A stretch of DNA of 32,000 nt from Candidatus Pacearchaeota archaeon (lineage in GTDB: Archaea; Nanobdellota; Nanobdellia; Pacearchaeales; UBA284). Position numbers and translations under genes: made by a program. Every line of letters begins with the position of its first letter. Positions within the stretch are counted from its first letter, which is position 1. The stretch covers positions 360,001 through 392,000 of the forward strand of contig CP061211.1 of the NCBI GenBank assembly GCA_026016245.1, written 5' to 3'. This document shows, piece by piece, positions 8,894 to 17,206 of the stretch. The notes beneath the pieces are model-generated. The model was not told the origin of the DNA. It worked only from the letters and a program-made list of their open reading frames with translations, and did not search any database.

Positions 8894-10221
8894 ATTAAGT
8901 TTAATTTTTGACCATTCTGCAGGATATGAACATTTTTTCCTACTCTATAACCCATCTCTGTTGCCAATTCTGCAAGAGCACTTAATTTTGGTAAGTCAGC
9001 ATGTGCGGGAATTACATGTCGTGGTTGTAACATATCAATCATATCCCTTATATCCTCTCTACCACAATGCCCGCTGACATGAACATCTGTAAAAATTCTA
9101 ACTCCCCTGGCTTTTAATTTCTTTTCCAGCTGTTTTCTATTAGCTACATTTATAGGATTAGGAATTATGCTAGAGGAAAATATAACATGGTCTCTTGATA
9201 AGAATTTGAAAGGTAACACCCCTCTAACCATCCTGTCAAGTATCGAGCCTGGTTCACCTTGATGACCTGTACAAACAAGCATATATTTTGTCCTGTCTTT
9301 AGAAACTTTTTTCAGTGCTCTCTCAACTTGTGTTCTATAACTAAGAAGCTTGATATCTTTCATAAAAGGAACTAGCTTAACTCTTGAAGCAGCTGAAACA
9401 TATCTATGTAAAGACCTGCCTAAAAACAATATTCTTCGGCCAAGTTGTTTTCCACAATCAACAATACTCTTAAGTCTAGCAATATGGCTCGAAAAAGTTG
9501 TTACAATGATACAAGCATCCTGGTTAGCAGTAGTGAGCAAAACATCTTCTAGCAATCCTCTAGCAATCTTCTCACTAGGAGTTTTTCTTTCATGATCAGC
9601 ATAAACAGAATCTATAATCAGAGCAAGAATTCCCTCATTAGCAAGCTCTTTAAGTCTTTTGTAGTTTGGTTTTTTTCCTAAGATTGGAGAATTGTCAAAT
9701 TTAAAGTCATTAGCATAAACTATAGCCCCTTTTGGAGTGTGCAAAACTATGAGAGCTGTCTGTAAAGTTGAATGTGTTATATTAATAAATTCAATCTTGT
9801 GATCTTTCTTGCCTCTTACTGTAAAAGAAGAATTAGGAGTCACTGCCCTTATTTTATTTGTAAATTTAGCTTCCCTATCACGAATCAAGGATTTTAGAAC
9901 TTCTACGGTGAAAGGAGTAGCTATAACCTCTGCTTTATAACGGTGAGCAGTATAAGGAACAGCCCCGACATGATCAAGATGAGCATGACTAACAAGAATT
10001 GCCCTAACTTTATTTTGTATATCTTTCAAAACAAGATCATTAGGAATAGCATCTATCTGCCTCAGCTTTTTTTCTGTATAAGGAGTCTTCTTGTCTTCTA
10101 TTTCAACTATCGGCGGTAAATATAGGCCAGAATCAAAAATAAAAGCATCATCTCCAATCTCAATAGCTGTCATATTCTTTCCTATTTCACTATAGCCACC
10201 AACTGCATGTAATTTTATCAT
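8890..10221 (-). CDS. rnj: Archaeal RNase J (MBL / beta-CASP ribonuclease)
   Basis: 443 aa. HxHxDH motif VSHAHLDHVGAVP, beta-CASP-type downstream motifs (TGHQGEPGS, HVSGH) and an overall length typical of archaeal RNase J. Confidence 0.8.
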   Translation of the reverse strand: MIKLHAVGGYSEIGKNMTAIEIGDDAFIFDSGLYLPPIVEIEDKKTPYTEKKLRQIDAIPNDLVLKDIQNKVRAILVSHAHLDHVGAVPYTAHRYKAEVIATPFTVEVLKSLIRDREAKFTNKIRAVTPNSSFTVRGKKDHKIEFINITHSTLQTALIVLHTPKGAIVYANDFKFDNSPILGKKPNYKRLKELANEGILALIIDSVYADHERKTPSEKIARGLLEDVLLTTANQDACIIVTTFSSHIARLKSIVDCGKQLGRRILFLGRSLHRYVSAASRVKLVPFMKDIKLLSYRTQVERALKKVSKDRTKYMLVCTGHQGEPGSILDRMVRGVLPFKFLSRDHVIFSSSIIPNPINVANRKQLEKKLKARGVRIFTDVHVSGHCGREDIRDMIDMLQPRHVIPAHADLPKLSALAELATEMGYRVGKNVHILQNGQKLNLI

Positions 10222-10355
10222 TTTTTCTTTTTAATAAAATAAGAAGAGAAGGTTAATTTATAATCCTTCGCACAAGAACAAAAAAATATATTTTGTTACT
10301 TAAAAGTAGCACAAAAGGAAAGATTTAAATAATAGTTTTTCTTTATAAAAAAACA

Positions 10356-11279
10356 ATGAATGGGAATTGGTGGAGATGGTTGGCGTTGTTTGCATTAGTA
10401 GGATGCCTCGGATGTGCGACAAAGTATGCAAAAAAACCAGAAACAATAGAAGAAGCAGATGAAATAAAAAAAGAAAAAAGAATTAATATAGATGATATTA
10501 GAATAATCAGCCCCAACTTGGCTGAAAAACTTGATCCAGAAATAAAAAAGAAAATTCAAGGTTTAGAAGAATCCGAACTTCTTAATTCTTCATCATTAGA
10601 ATTCAAAACAGATTCTGTTTCAGTTCAACTCATGAAAGATGCACATTCAGGTATCGCAACTATAGAAATTCTAAAGTTAAAGAGAAAGCCTTATAAGGAT
10701 CTTGATGAAGATAACATAAGTTTTTTGACAATACTTGGACATTATCACTACTTCCATGATGAACATGATAAAGCTTTAGAAAATTTTTATCAGGTTTTGA
10801 ATGAATGCAAAGAGAGAAAGGTTAGTATTGGGGGGATAGTTTTTAGAGAAATCGCTAAATGCTATAGAGAAAAGAAAGACTATCAGAAAGCGAATACATA
10901 CTGCTTAAGAGCATGTGAAGAGGATGAAAAATTAATTAATAGCCAAGACAAAGCAGAACAAAAAGAAGGAAAAAAAGAGCTGTGTACTGATTATCTTATA
11001 TCCTACAAAATTTTATCTTTGCAAGGAAAAGGAAAAGAAGCAGAAGAAATAAAAGAAAAATGTATTAATTTATCAAAAGAAATTGAAGAAATTAAAGGAA
11101 AAAAAATTCTCCTTTCAATTTATGCATTTGATTGGCAATTCTACAAAGATAAAAATCCAGAACTTTCAGAAGAACATAAAGTCAAAGCAGATTCTTTGTA
11201 TGAAGAAATAAGAAATGACTATGATAGAAGATTAAGAGGAATGTTTGGTTTAGACAAAGATAGCGGGAACGGAAATTAA
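10356..11279 (+). CDS. Putative lipoprotein with TPR-like helical repeats
   Basis: N-terminus MNGNWWRWLALFALVGCLGC carries a lipobox-like LVGC. The mid-region has TPR-like pairs (KALENFYQVLNE..., IAKCYREKKDYQKANTYCLRA). Confidence 0.55.
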   Translation: MNGNWWRWLALFALVGCLGCATKYAKKPETIEEADEIKKEKRINIDDIRIISPNLAEKLDPEIKKKIQGLEESELLNSSSLEFKTDSVSVQLMKDAHSGIATIEILKLKRKPYKDLDEDNISFLTILGHYHYFHDEHDKALENFYQVLNECKERKVSIGGIVFREIAKCYREKKDYQKANTYCLRACEEDEKLINSQDKAEQKEGKKELCTDYLISYKILSLQGKGKEAEEIKEKCINLSKEIEEIKGKKILLSIYAFDWQFYKDKNPELSEEHKVKADSLYEEIRNDYDRRLRGMFGLDKDSGNGN

Positions 11280-12299
11280 ATCTTTTGCTGTACTTGTATC
11301 TTTAGGTTGTATTACCTCAGAATTCTCAGACTTGATTGAAGTTCCTATATCTAAAAAAGCCATCAACGCATCACCTAAATTTTCTAGATTAAAACCTGTT
11401 CTTAGTGGACAGATATCATAATAACTTTTCTCTGAACCATCAACTAAGAACTTACCTTCAAAAATACAATAATCCCTATTTTTCTTTTTTATTAAAGTCC
11501 TTTCTTTTGTTTCAAATGCAACAGCTCTGGAAACTATGCTAAAATAAAGAGGATTTCCCTCCTTATCTTCAGGATAAAAAGCAAGATAAGCCTTAAAATC
11601 TTTATTTTTATCTGCTTCAGGAGTTATATTTCTTTGATAACTTAATTTTAAATCTGAGCTTTCTAAGAACAAATAATCATCGCTAGTTTCATGTTGTAAA
11701 CCAATAAAAGATCCTCCTTGATTAAGTAAAATCCAATTCTGATCTTTTTCAAAATTTATTTCAGCACCAGAAATAACTATTTTTTTAGAATCAATTCTGT
11801 CTATTATTCTTCCTATCCATCCTGGCTTATCTTTTTTAGTAACAGGATAGATAAGTTTTCCTCCCCCAATATATCCTGCATCATTAATCTGCAGCTCTTT
11901 TGGAGTTAAAAATTTTATTGTGCGAAATTCATAAAATAATGGGCGAAAAGCATTATTTAGAGTATTTGCTGCACGAGGACCATAATCAATAGATGCATCT
12001 TCCACAGCTTGTATACAAATAGGAAAGTTAGTATCAAAATCACCAGTATAATAGAAATAATTATCTTTGTATGCAAAGCCACATCCTTTAAGAGATGCTT
12101 TGAATCTAAAATTGACATCTATTTGTGCTGGCCAAGTTCCTGCCTTCTCAAAAGTCAACCCAAGATTTCCATTCGGTAAACCATTCGGTAAAACTTTCAT
12201 TTTAGCGAAAGCTGCACTTGCTAGACTTAGATTGAACAATAAAACTAATACTAAGAATATCAAAAGCAATTTTGATTTCATTTTATATCTCAACAACAA
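11250..12299 (-). CDS. Secreted hypothetical protein
   Basis: The track start at 12299 is a TTG. The ATG at 12281 (MKSKLLLIFLVLVLLFNLSLASAAFA, a Sec-type signal peptide) lies 1 nt after the stop of the upstream pilin-like gene, so 11250..12281 is my preferred model. No family recognised. Confidence 0.6.
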   Translation of the reverse strand: MLLRYKMKSKLLLIFLVLVLLFNLSLASAAFAKMKVLPNGLPNGNLGLTFEKAGTWPAQIDVNFRFKASLKGCGFAYKDNYFYYTGDFDTNFPICIQAVEDASIDYGPRAANTLNNAFRPLFYEFRTIKFLTPKELQINDAGYIGGGKLIYPVTKKDKPGWIGRIIDRIDSKKIVISGAEINFEKDQNWILLNQGGSFIGLQHETSDDYLFLESSDLKLSYQRNITPEADKNKDFKAYLAFYPEDKEGNPLYFSIVSRAVAFETKERTLIKKKNRDYCIFEGKFLVDGSEKSYYDICPLRTGFNLENLGDALMAFLDIGTSIKSENSEVIQPKDTSTAKDLISVPAIFV

Positions 12300-13023
12300 A
12301 CCTCCAAGTTATATTTTTATCATCAAACTTTATATCTTTATCTGTGATTAAAAACCATATATGCTCTGGTTCAAAAATATCTTTTGTTATTGGAACTGCT
12401 TTAATCGTAACATTATTCACTGTAGCAATTTCATCAATACAAGCCACACAAAGAGACCCTGGCTTTTTTTCATAATCTTCAACAACCTGGTCTGAAACAT
12501 CAAGTAATTTAACAACGGGAGCTTCAACACTTGTTGTAAAACTCTCTAATCTTGCTGTTGCCATACCTTTTTTAATTGTTATAGGACAATCAAACAAAAC
12601 ATCAACATTTTCTGTTATTTGTGAATTTATAGAACATTCCTCAGACATTATATCATAATCTTCTAAAGTAAAACAATCATTAATATTATCATCGAGATAT
12701 TTATCCAATTCATTAGCAACTATATCAACAGAAGGAACTAAACTCTGCTCAGCTTTCCAATAATAAGCTGTTTGTTCATCAAGGAAATTTATACTTTCAA
12801 CACCCTCAAGATTATAATAGCCAGCTTGTTTTCCTAAAAATAAAATTCCTTCCTTGGTCTTTAGCTCAAAACACTCGCCAAGATAGGATTTTACTGTTGC
12901 AACATCATTCTCACTTAATTCAACACCTGGAAAACCTCTCTGGAAGAAGATGACAAGAACAATTAAGGCCACGATAACTATTGCGATAATAATGAATAAA
13001 GTAACCTGCCCTCTTTTTTGCAT
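12283..13023 (-). CDS. Protein with class III (prepilin-type) signal peptide; paralog of 30322..31146
   Basis: N-terminus MQKRGQVTLFIIIAIVIVALIVLVIFF has a short basic leader, then RG|Q, then a hydrophobic helix, as in archaeal type IV pilin-like precursors. It shares KRGQVTLFIIIAIVI and the LGxQAGYY block with the 274-aa protein at 30322..31146. Confidence 0.65.
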   Translation of the reverse strand: MQKRGQVTLFIIIAIVIVALIVLVIFFQRGFPGVELSENDVATVKSYLGECFELKTKEGILFLGKQAGYYNLEGVESINFLDEQTAYYWKAEQSLVPSVDIVANELDKYLDDNINDCFTLEDYDIMSEECSINSQITENVDVLFDCPITIKKGMATARLESFTTSVEAPVVKLLDVSDQVVEDYEKKPGSLCVACIDEIATVNNVTIKAVPITKDIFEPEHIWFLITDKDIKFDDKNITWRFVVEI

Positions 13024-13062
13024 GATTCTATATGTTTTTTTAATTTAAAAAAGTTTCTTTAG

Positions 13063-13075
13063 AAAATTTTAAAAG
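13063..13075 (+). promoter_or_regulatory. TATA-like element for tRNA-Phe
   Basis: aaaattttaaaag. The TTTAAA centre lies about 28 nt upstream of the mature 5' end at 13099. Confidence 0.4.
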
Positions 13076-13098
13076 CAAAAACAGCATGATTCATTAGA

Positions 13099-13172
13099 GG
13101 GAAAGTAGCTCAGCCTGGGAGAGCACGTGACTGAAGATCACGGTGTCCGGGGTTCAAATCCCCGCTTTCCCA
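13099..13172 (+). tRNA. tRNA-Phe (anticodon GAA)
   Basis: Hand-folded cloverleaf: acceptor GGGAAAG/CTTTCCC, D arm GCTC-AGCCTGGGA-GAGC, anticodon arm CGTGA-CTGAAGA-TCACG, variable loop GTGTC, T arm CGGGG-TTCAAAT-CCCCG, discriminator A. 74 nt, no encoded CCA, no intron. Confidence 0.9.
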
Positions 13173-13184
13173 TTTAAATAAAAA

Positions 13185-13508
13185 ATGAAAAAAGAAATTG
13201 TTTTTATCTTCTTGATTTTAGGTCTGATAATGGTTAGTGGAATAAGCTGCCAAGATAAAGCGAAAATTCTTGAATCAGCATGTAGGCAAGCATGTTATCA
13301 AGCTCTTAATGAGGGAAAAGACTTGAGTGAAGGACCTTGTCTTCTTGATCCAATGCCTGAAGACAATAACTGGGTTTGTGACATTGCTCATGACCCAAGA
13401 CAGCCAGTAGATAATGAAATGCAAAATCAGTGTGATGCCTGGAATAATGGAACAGCAAAACACTTTATTGAACTAACTCCAGAATGTGAATTTATAGCAG
13501 CTTATTAA
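13185..13508 (+). CDS. Small secreted cysteine-rich protein (possible lipoprotein)
   Basis: 107 aa. Signal peptide MKKEIVFIFLILGLIMVSGISC, and a mature part with 7 further Cys (ACRQACYQ, GPCLLD, WVCDIAHDPRQP, NQCDAW, PECEF). Starts 13 nt after tRNA-Phe. Confidence 0.55.
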   Translation: MKKEIVFIFLILGLIMVSGISCQDKAKILESACRQACYQALNEGKDLSEGPCLLDPMPEDNNWVCDIAHDPRQPVDNEMQNQCDAWNNGTAKHFIELTPECEFIAAY

Positions 13509-13563
13509 GAAGAAAGTTTTATAAAACTTCAAAACTTAAAAGCAATAGAATAAAAAGAGGAAA

Positions 13564-14121
13564 ATGAAAAACAAAAAAGCAGCTTTTGAGATGTCTATAA
13601 CCACTATAATTATCATAGTAATTGGTGTAGTTATGCTAATTTTTGGTATGGTGTTCGTAAGAACAATTATGTGTGGGGCTTTGAATATAGCAGCAACTAC
13701 TCTAGAAGGCGCTCAAGGAGAAATTAACAAACTTTTTGGTGAACAAGCAGGGGAAGAGGTAGTATGTATGGGCACTAAAGGTACTATGGATATAATACCA
13801 AACAGATACAATGTAGTAGGATGTGGTTTTAGCCCTGACATAAATAAGGACTTTGAATATACATTTACTATTGAAAGTGCATTTATAGTAGGCACAAATC
13901 AAGATATAAAAAATGAAGTAAAAACTTGGATTCCAGAGACATTGACAGGAACAGTAAAGGCTGGACCTGGAGAAACATCTTATGCTACTTTTGGTATACA
14001 CCCCCCAAAAGATGCTCAGCATGCAATCATAGTAATTAAGCCCACTATAAACGGTGTGGATAAAACAAAAATGAGGTTTGAAGTCAGAAGAGTTGGCTGG
14101 CTACAACAGACAGTTTGTTAA
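13564..14121 (+). CDS. Candidate pilin-like protein (class III-type N-terminus)
   Basis: 185 aa. MKNKKAAFEMSITTIIIIVIGVVMLIFGMVFV has a basic leader, a small residue, then a long hydrophobic helix with an early Glu. Preceded by the SD-like AAGAGG at 13555-13560. Confidence 0.5.
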   Translation: MKNKKAAFEMSITTIIIIVIGVVMLIFGMVFVRTIMCGALNIAATTLEGAQGEINKLFGEQAGEEVVCMGTKGTMDIIPNRYNVVGCGFSPDINKDFEYTFTIESAFIVGTNQDIKNEVKTWIPETLTGTVKAGPGETSYATFGIHPPKDAQHAIIVIKPTINGVDKTKMRFEVRRVGWLQQTVC

Positions 14122-14160
14122 TAAATAAATTTTTAAGTTATTCTTTCTTTTTTAAATAAG

Positions 14161-15558
14161 ATGTTGAAACTATATAATACCCTAACAAGGAAAAAAGAGG
14201 CATTCAAGCCAATCAGAGATGGTTATGTTGGCTTGTATACTTGTGGTCCTACTGTTTATGATTATGCTCACATAGGAAATTTCAGAGCATATATAGCAAG
14301 TGATGTTCTTAAAAAATATCTTCTATATAAAGGTCTTAAAGTCAAGCATGTGATGAATCTTACTGATGTGGATGATAAAACAATAGCAAAATCACAGAAA
14401 GAAAATATTCCTATAAAACAACTGACAGATAAATACATCAAGGCTTTTTTTAAAGATCTCAAAGCCCTGAATATCTCAGAAGCAGATATTTTTCCGAGAG
14501 CAACTGAACATATTAAAGAGATGGTAGAACTTGTGAAAAAGCTTCTTGCCATAAATATTGCATACAAAAGTGAGGATGGGATTTATTATGATATTAAGAA
14601 GTTTAAGGGTTATGGAAAACTGTCGCATTTTAAAATTGGCAAGCTAAAGACAGGAGCAAGAATAAGAGCTGATTTATATGAGAAACATGAAGCAAGGGAT
14701 TTTGCTTTATGGAAATTCTGGACTAAAGAGGATGGAAATGTTTTCTGGAAAACAGAGATTGGAAAAGGTAGACCAGGATGGCATATAGAATGTTCAGCCA
14801 TGTCTATGAAATATCTTGGAGAGCATTTTGATATTCATACAGGCGGTACAGATCTAATATTTCCGCATCATGAAAACGAGATTGCTCAGAGTGAGGTTGC
14901 GACAGGAAAAAAATTCGTGAATTTTTGGATCCATAATGAATGGCTTCTTGTTGAGGGAAAAAAGATGTCAAAATCATTAGGCAATTACTATACCCTAAGA
15001 GATTTGTTAAAAAAAAGATATAATGCAAGAGCAATAAGATACTTGTTAATAACCACACATTATAGACAGCAGCTTAATTTCACATTCAAAGGATTAGAAG
15101 CAGCAAAACAAGCTATAAAGAGACTTGATGAATTCATGTTAAAATTACAGAGAACAAAAAAAGGTGAGAATGAAGCAAAAATTAAAAAATTGATAGAGAG
15201 AATAAAAGAAGATTTTGAAAAAGCTCTTGATGATGATCTTGACATAACAAAAGCCTTGGCCTCATTATTTGTTTTTGTTCGTGAAATTAATAAAGCTATG
15301 GATAAAAATAAATTAAGTGAGGAAAATGCAAGAAAAATTCATAATTTAATGCTAAAATTTAATTCTGTTCTTGGATTAGGGCTTGATAAAGTTCAAAAGA
15401 TAAGAATTCCAGAGAAAATTAAAAAATTGATGAAAGAAAGGGAAGAGGCAAGGAAAAAGAAAAATTTCAAGAAAGCAGATAAAATTAGAGAACAGATTAA
15501 AAAAGAAGGGTATATTATTGAGGATACTCTTGATGGGCCACAGATAAAGGAAATATAA
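14161..15558 (+). CDS. cysS: Cysteine--tRNA ligase
   Basis: 465 aa. HIGH-type motif YAHIGNFR, KMSKS motif GKKMSKSLGN and a Zn-binding WHIECS block. Full-length C-terminus (ADKIREQIKKEGYIIEDTLDGPQ). Confidence 0.95.
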   Translation: MLKLYNTLTRKKEAFKPIRDGYVGLYTCGPTVYDYAHIGNFRAYIASDVLKKYLLYKGLKVKHVMNLTDVDDKTIAKSQKENIPIKQLTDKYIKAFFKDLKALNISEADIFPRATEHIKEMVELVKKLLAINIAYKSEDGIYYDIKKFKGYGKLSHFKIGKLKTGARIRADLYEKHEARDFALWKFWTKEDGNVFWKTEIGKGRPGWHIECSAMSMKYLGEHFDIHTGGTDLIFPHHENEIAQSEVATGKKFVNFWIHNEWLLVEGKKMSKSLGNYYTLRDLLKKRYNARAIRYLLITTHYRQQLNFTFKGLEAAKQAIKRLDEFMLKLQRTKKGENEAKIKKLIERIKEDFEKALDDDLDITKALASLFVFVREINKAMDKNKLSEENARKIHNLMLKFNSVLGLGLDKVQKIRIPEKIKKLMKEREEARKKKNFKKADKIREQIKKEGYIIEDTLDGPQIKEI

Positions 15559-15562
15559 CTGA

Positions 15563-16333
15563 ATGAGGTATGCTAGCACTTATTCTTACTTCATCTCCTT
15601 CTATACCAACAAAATATGTCCCTTTTTTCTGGCCATTCTCTTCAACCCCCATGAAAAAATAAGGCAATTCCCCTTGAGGAAAGAAAGTTATATAATAAGT
15701 TCTTTGTCCCTTAAAGAAGTTGAGAAAGATTTTGCAGTGGATAGTTCAGGATTTTCTACTTCAAGATTTGCAAGATGGTTTGATTATAAGTGGGGTAAGG
15801 AAAGAAAATATAAAATTTGGTTAAAGGCCCATCTAATTTCTGGAACTAAAACAAATATTGTTACAGGAGTTAAAATTACAGAAGGAAACAGAAATGATAG
15901 CCCTCAACTAAAAGGTCTTGTTAAGAAAACAGCAGAGAACTTTAATATTTCAGAAGTAAGCGGGGATAAAGCCTATTGTGGAAAAGAGAATTTTAAAGTT
16001 ATAGCAAAATGTGGTGGAATTCCTTTTATCCCTTTTAAGAAAAATGTTACAGGAAAAAGAGGAGGTTCTGATATTTGGAAAAAAATGTATCATTTCTTTA
16101 TGTATAATCAAATGGAATTTTTAGAACATTATCACAAGCGTTCAAACTCAGAAACAGTTTTTCATATGATTAAAACCAAATTTAGTGGAGAGATTAAAAG
16201 CAAAAAACAAACAGCACAAGTGAATGAATTGTTGATTAAGGTCTTGTGTCATAATATTTGCTGCGTAATCCAAGAAGTTTGTGAATTGGGTATTAAGGCA
16301 AAATTTAAATTAGAGGAACCTATTAGAATATGA
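15563..16333 (+). mobile_element. IS5-like DDE transposase remnant (5'-truncated, catalytic domain only)
   Basis: DDE triad context: FAVDSSGF (D), VSGDKAY (D), HKRSNSETVFHMIKTKF (E). The first ~50 codons of the track ORF are low-complexity and unconvincing. There is no room for the usual N-terminal DNA-binding region because cysS ends at 15558. Confidence 0.7.
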
Positions 16334-17118
16334 TGAAAAACGAAAAGAATCTCCCAATATCAACAGAATGGCTTCTTGATTCAATTGGACAAACTGGGAG
16401 AGGTTTGATTAGTGATGTTTTTATGGTTTATTGTCCAAAAACACATAGCAAGGGGACTGGATTTCTTTATAAAAGCGGATATGTAATTACAAACTGGCAT
16501 GTTATTAACGATTGTTCTGAAAAAGAGATTATTTTAATCTCAAATAAGGGGGAGGAAATAAAAGTTTTAGAATTAATTTCAGATAAAGATATTGATTTAG
16601 CAGCATTAAAGCCAGAAAAAAAATTACAAGGAGGTCTTGAAATAGACAACTCAAGCGAAATTAAACCAGGAGTTCAAATTTCAACTTGGGGTCATCCTTT
16701 AGAATATCCTGGTCCCGCACCTTTATTATCTGTTGGCTATATTTCTGGATTTAGGGACCACTATGAAACTAAAACATCACAAATGATTAAACATATTGTA
16801 GTTAATGGGGCATTTAATCCTGGAAATTCTGGTGGGCCCCTCTTTATTTCTGGAGAGAAAAAAGTAATTGGAGTAGTAGTTAGCAAGCATGCCCCTATGA
16901 ATTCTTTTCTGAATTCAGCATTGGAGGCTCTATCTAAAACAAAGGGTGGTTTTGTTTACACTGCAACAGATGGAGAAGGAAACAAGAAAGAATTCATGGA
17001 AGCCCATCTAGTTGCTGAATTATTGAAGCACCAGAGAAAATTAACTCAAGTTATGATTGGAGAAGCAATAGACCGTTCTGAATTAATAAATTTTCTCAAG
17101 AAGAATAATATTGAATAA
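16330..17118 (+). CDS. Trypsin-like (S1/S1C) serine protease, no signal peptide, no PDZ
   Basis: 262 aa. Catalytic triad contexts YVITNWHV (His), DIDLAALK (Asp), NPGNSGGPLF (Ser). The ATG overlaps the transposase stop (ATGA). Confidence 0.8.
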   Translation: MMKNEKNLPISTEWLLDSIGQTGRGLISDVFMVYCPKTHSKGTGFLYKSGYVITNWHVINDCSEKEIILISNKGEEIKVLELISDKDIDLAALKPEKKLQGGLEIDNSSEIKPGVQISTWGHPLEYPGPAPLLSVGYISGFRDHYETKTSQMIKHIVVNGAFNPGNSGGPLFISGEKKVIGVVVSKHAPMNSFLNSALEALSKTKGGFVYTATDGEGNKKEFMEAHLVAELLKHQRKLTQVMIGEAIDRSELINFLKKNNIE

Positions 17119-17173
17119 GCTATCTGTTTAATAAGTCGAACGATTTAATTACTTTTTAAACAAAGCCGGGCAT

Positions 17174-17187
17174 TAAGTTTTAAAACA
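17174..17187 (+). promoter_or_regulatory. BRE/TATA-like element for the NFACT-R / r-protein operon
   Basis: taagttttaaaaca. The TTTAAA centre lies about 25 nt from the ATG at 17207. Confidence 0.45.
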
Positions 17188-17206
17188 TTATTTTCTTTAA
17201 TTAAGT

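Noticed and set aside
11250-11279. 30-nt overlap of the convergent 3' ends of the TPR lipoprotein gene and the 349-aa secreted gene. Similar overlaps occur at 1856-1859 and 20488-20495.
   Set aside because: Convergent stop-region overlaps are consistent with the general compaction of this genome. No hairpin or special signal was seen in the overlap.
15590-15660. Short minus-strand reading frame MGVEENGQKKGTYFVGIEGDEVRISA... between cysS and the transposase core, considered as a gene fragment disrupted by the IS
   Set aside because: It is too short to assign, shows no recognisable motif, and runs into cysS antisense. It is treated as part of the degraded IS flank.
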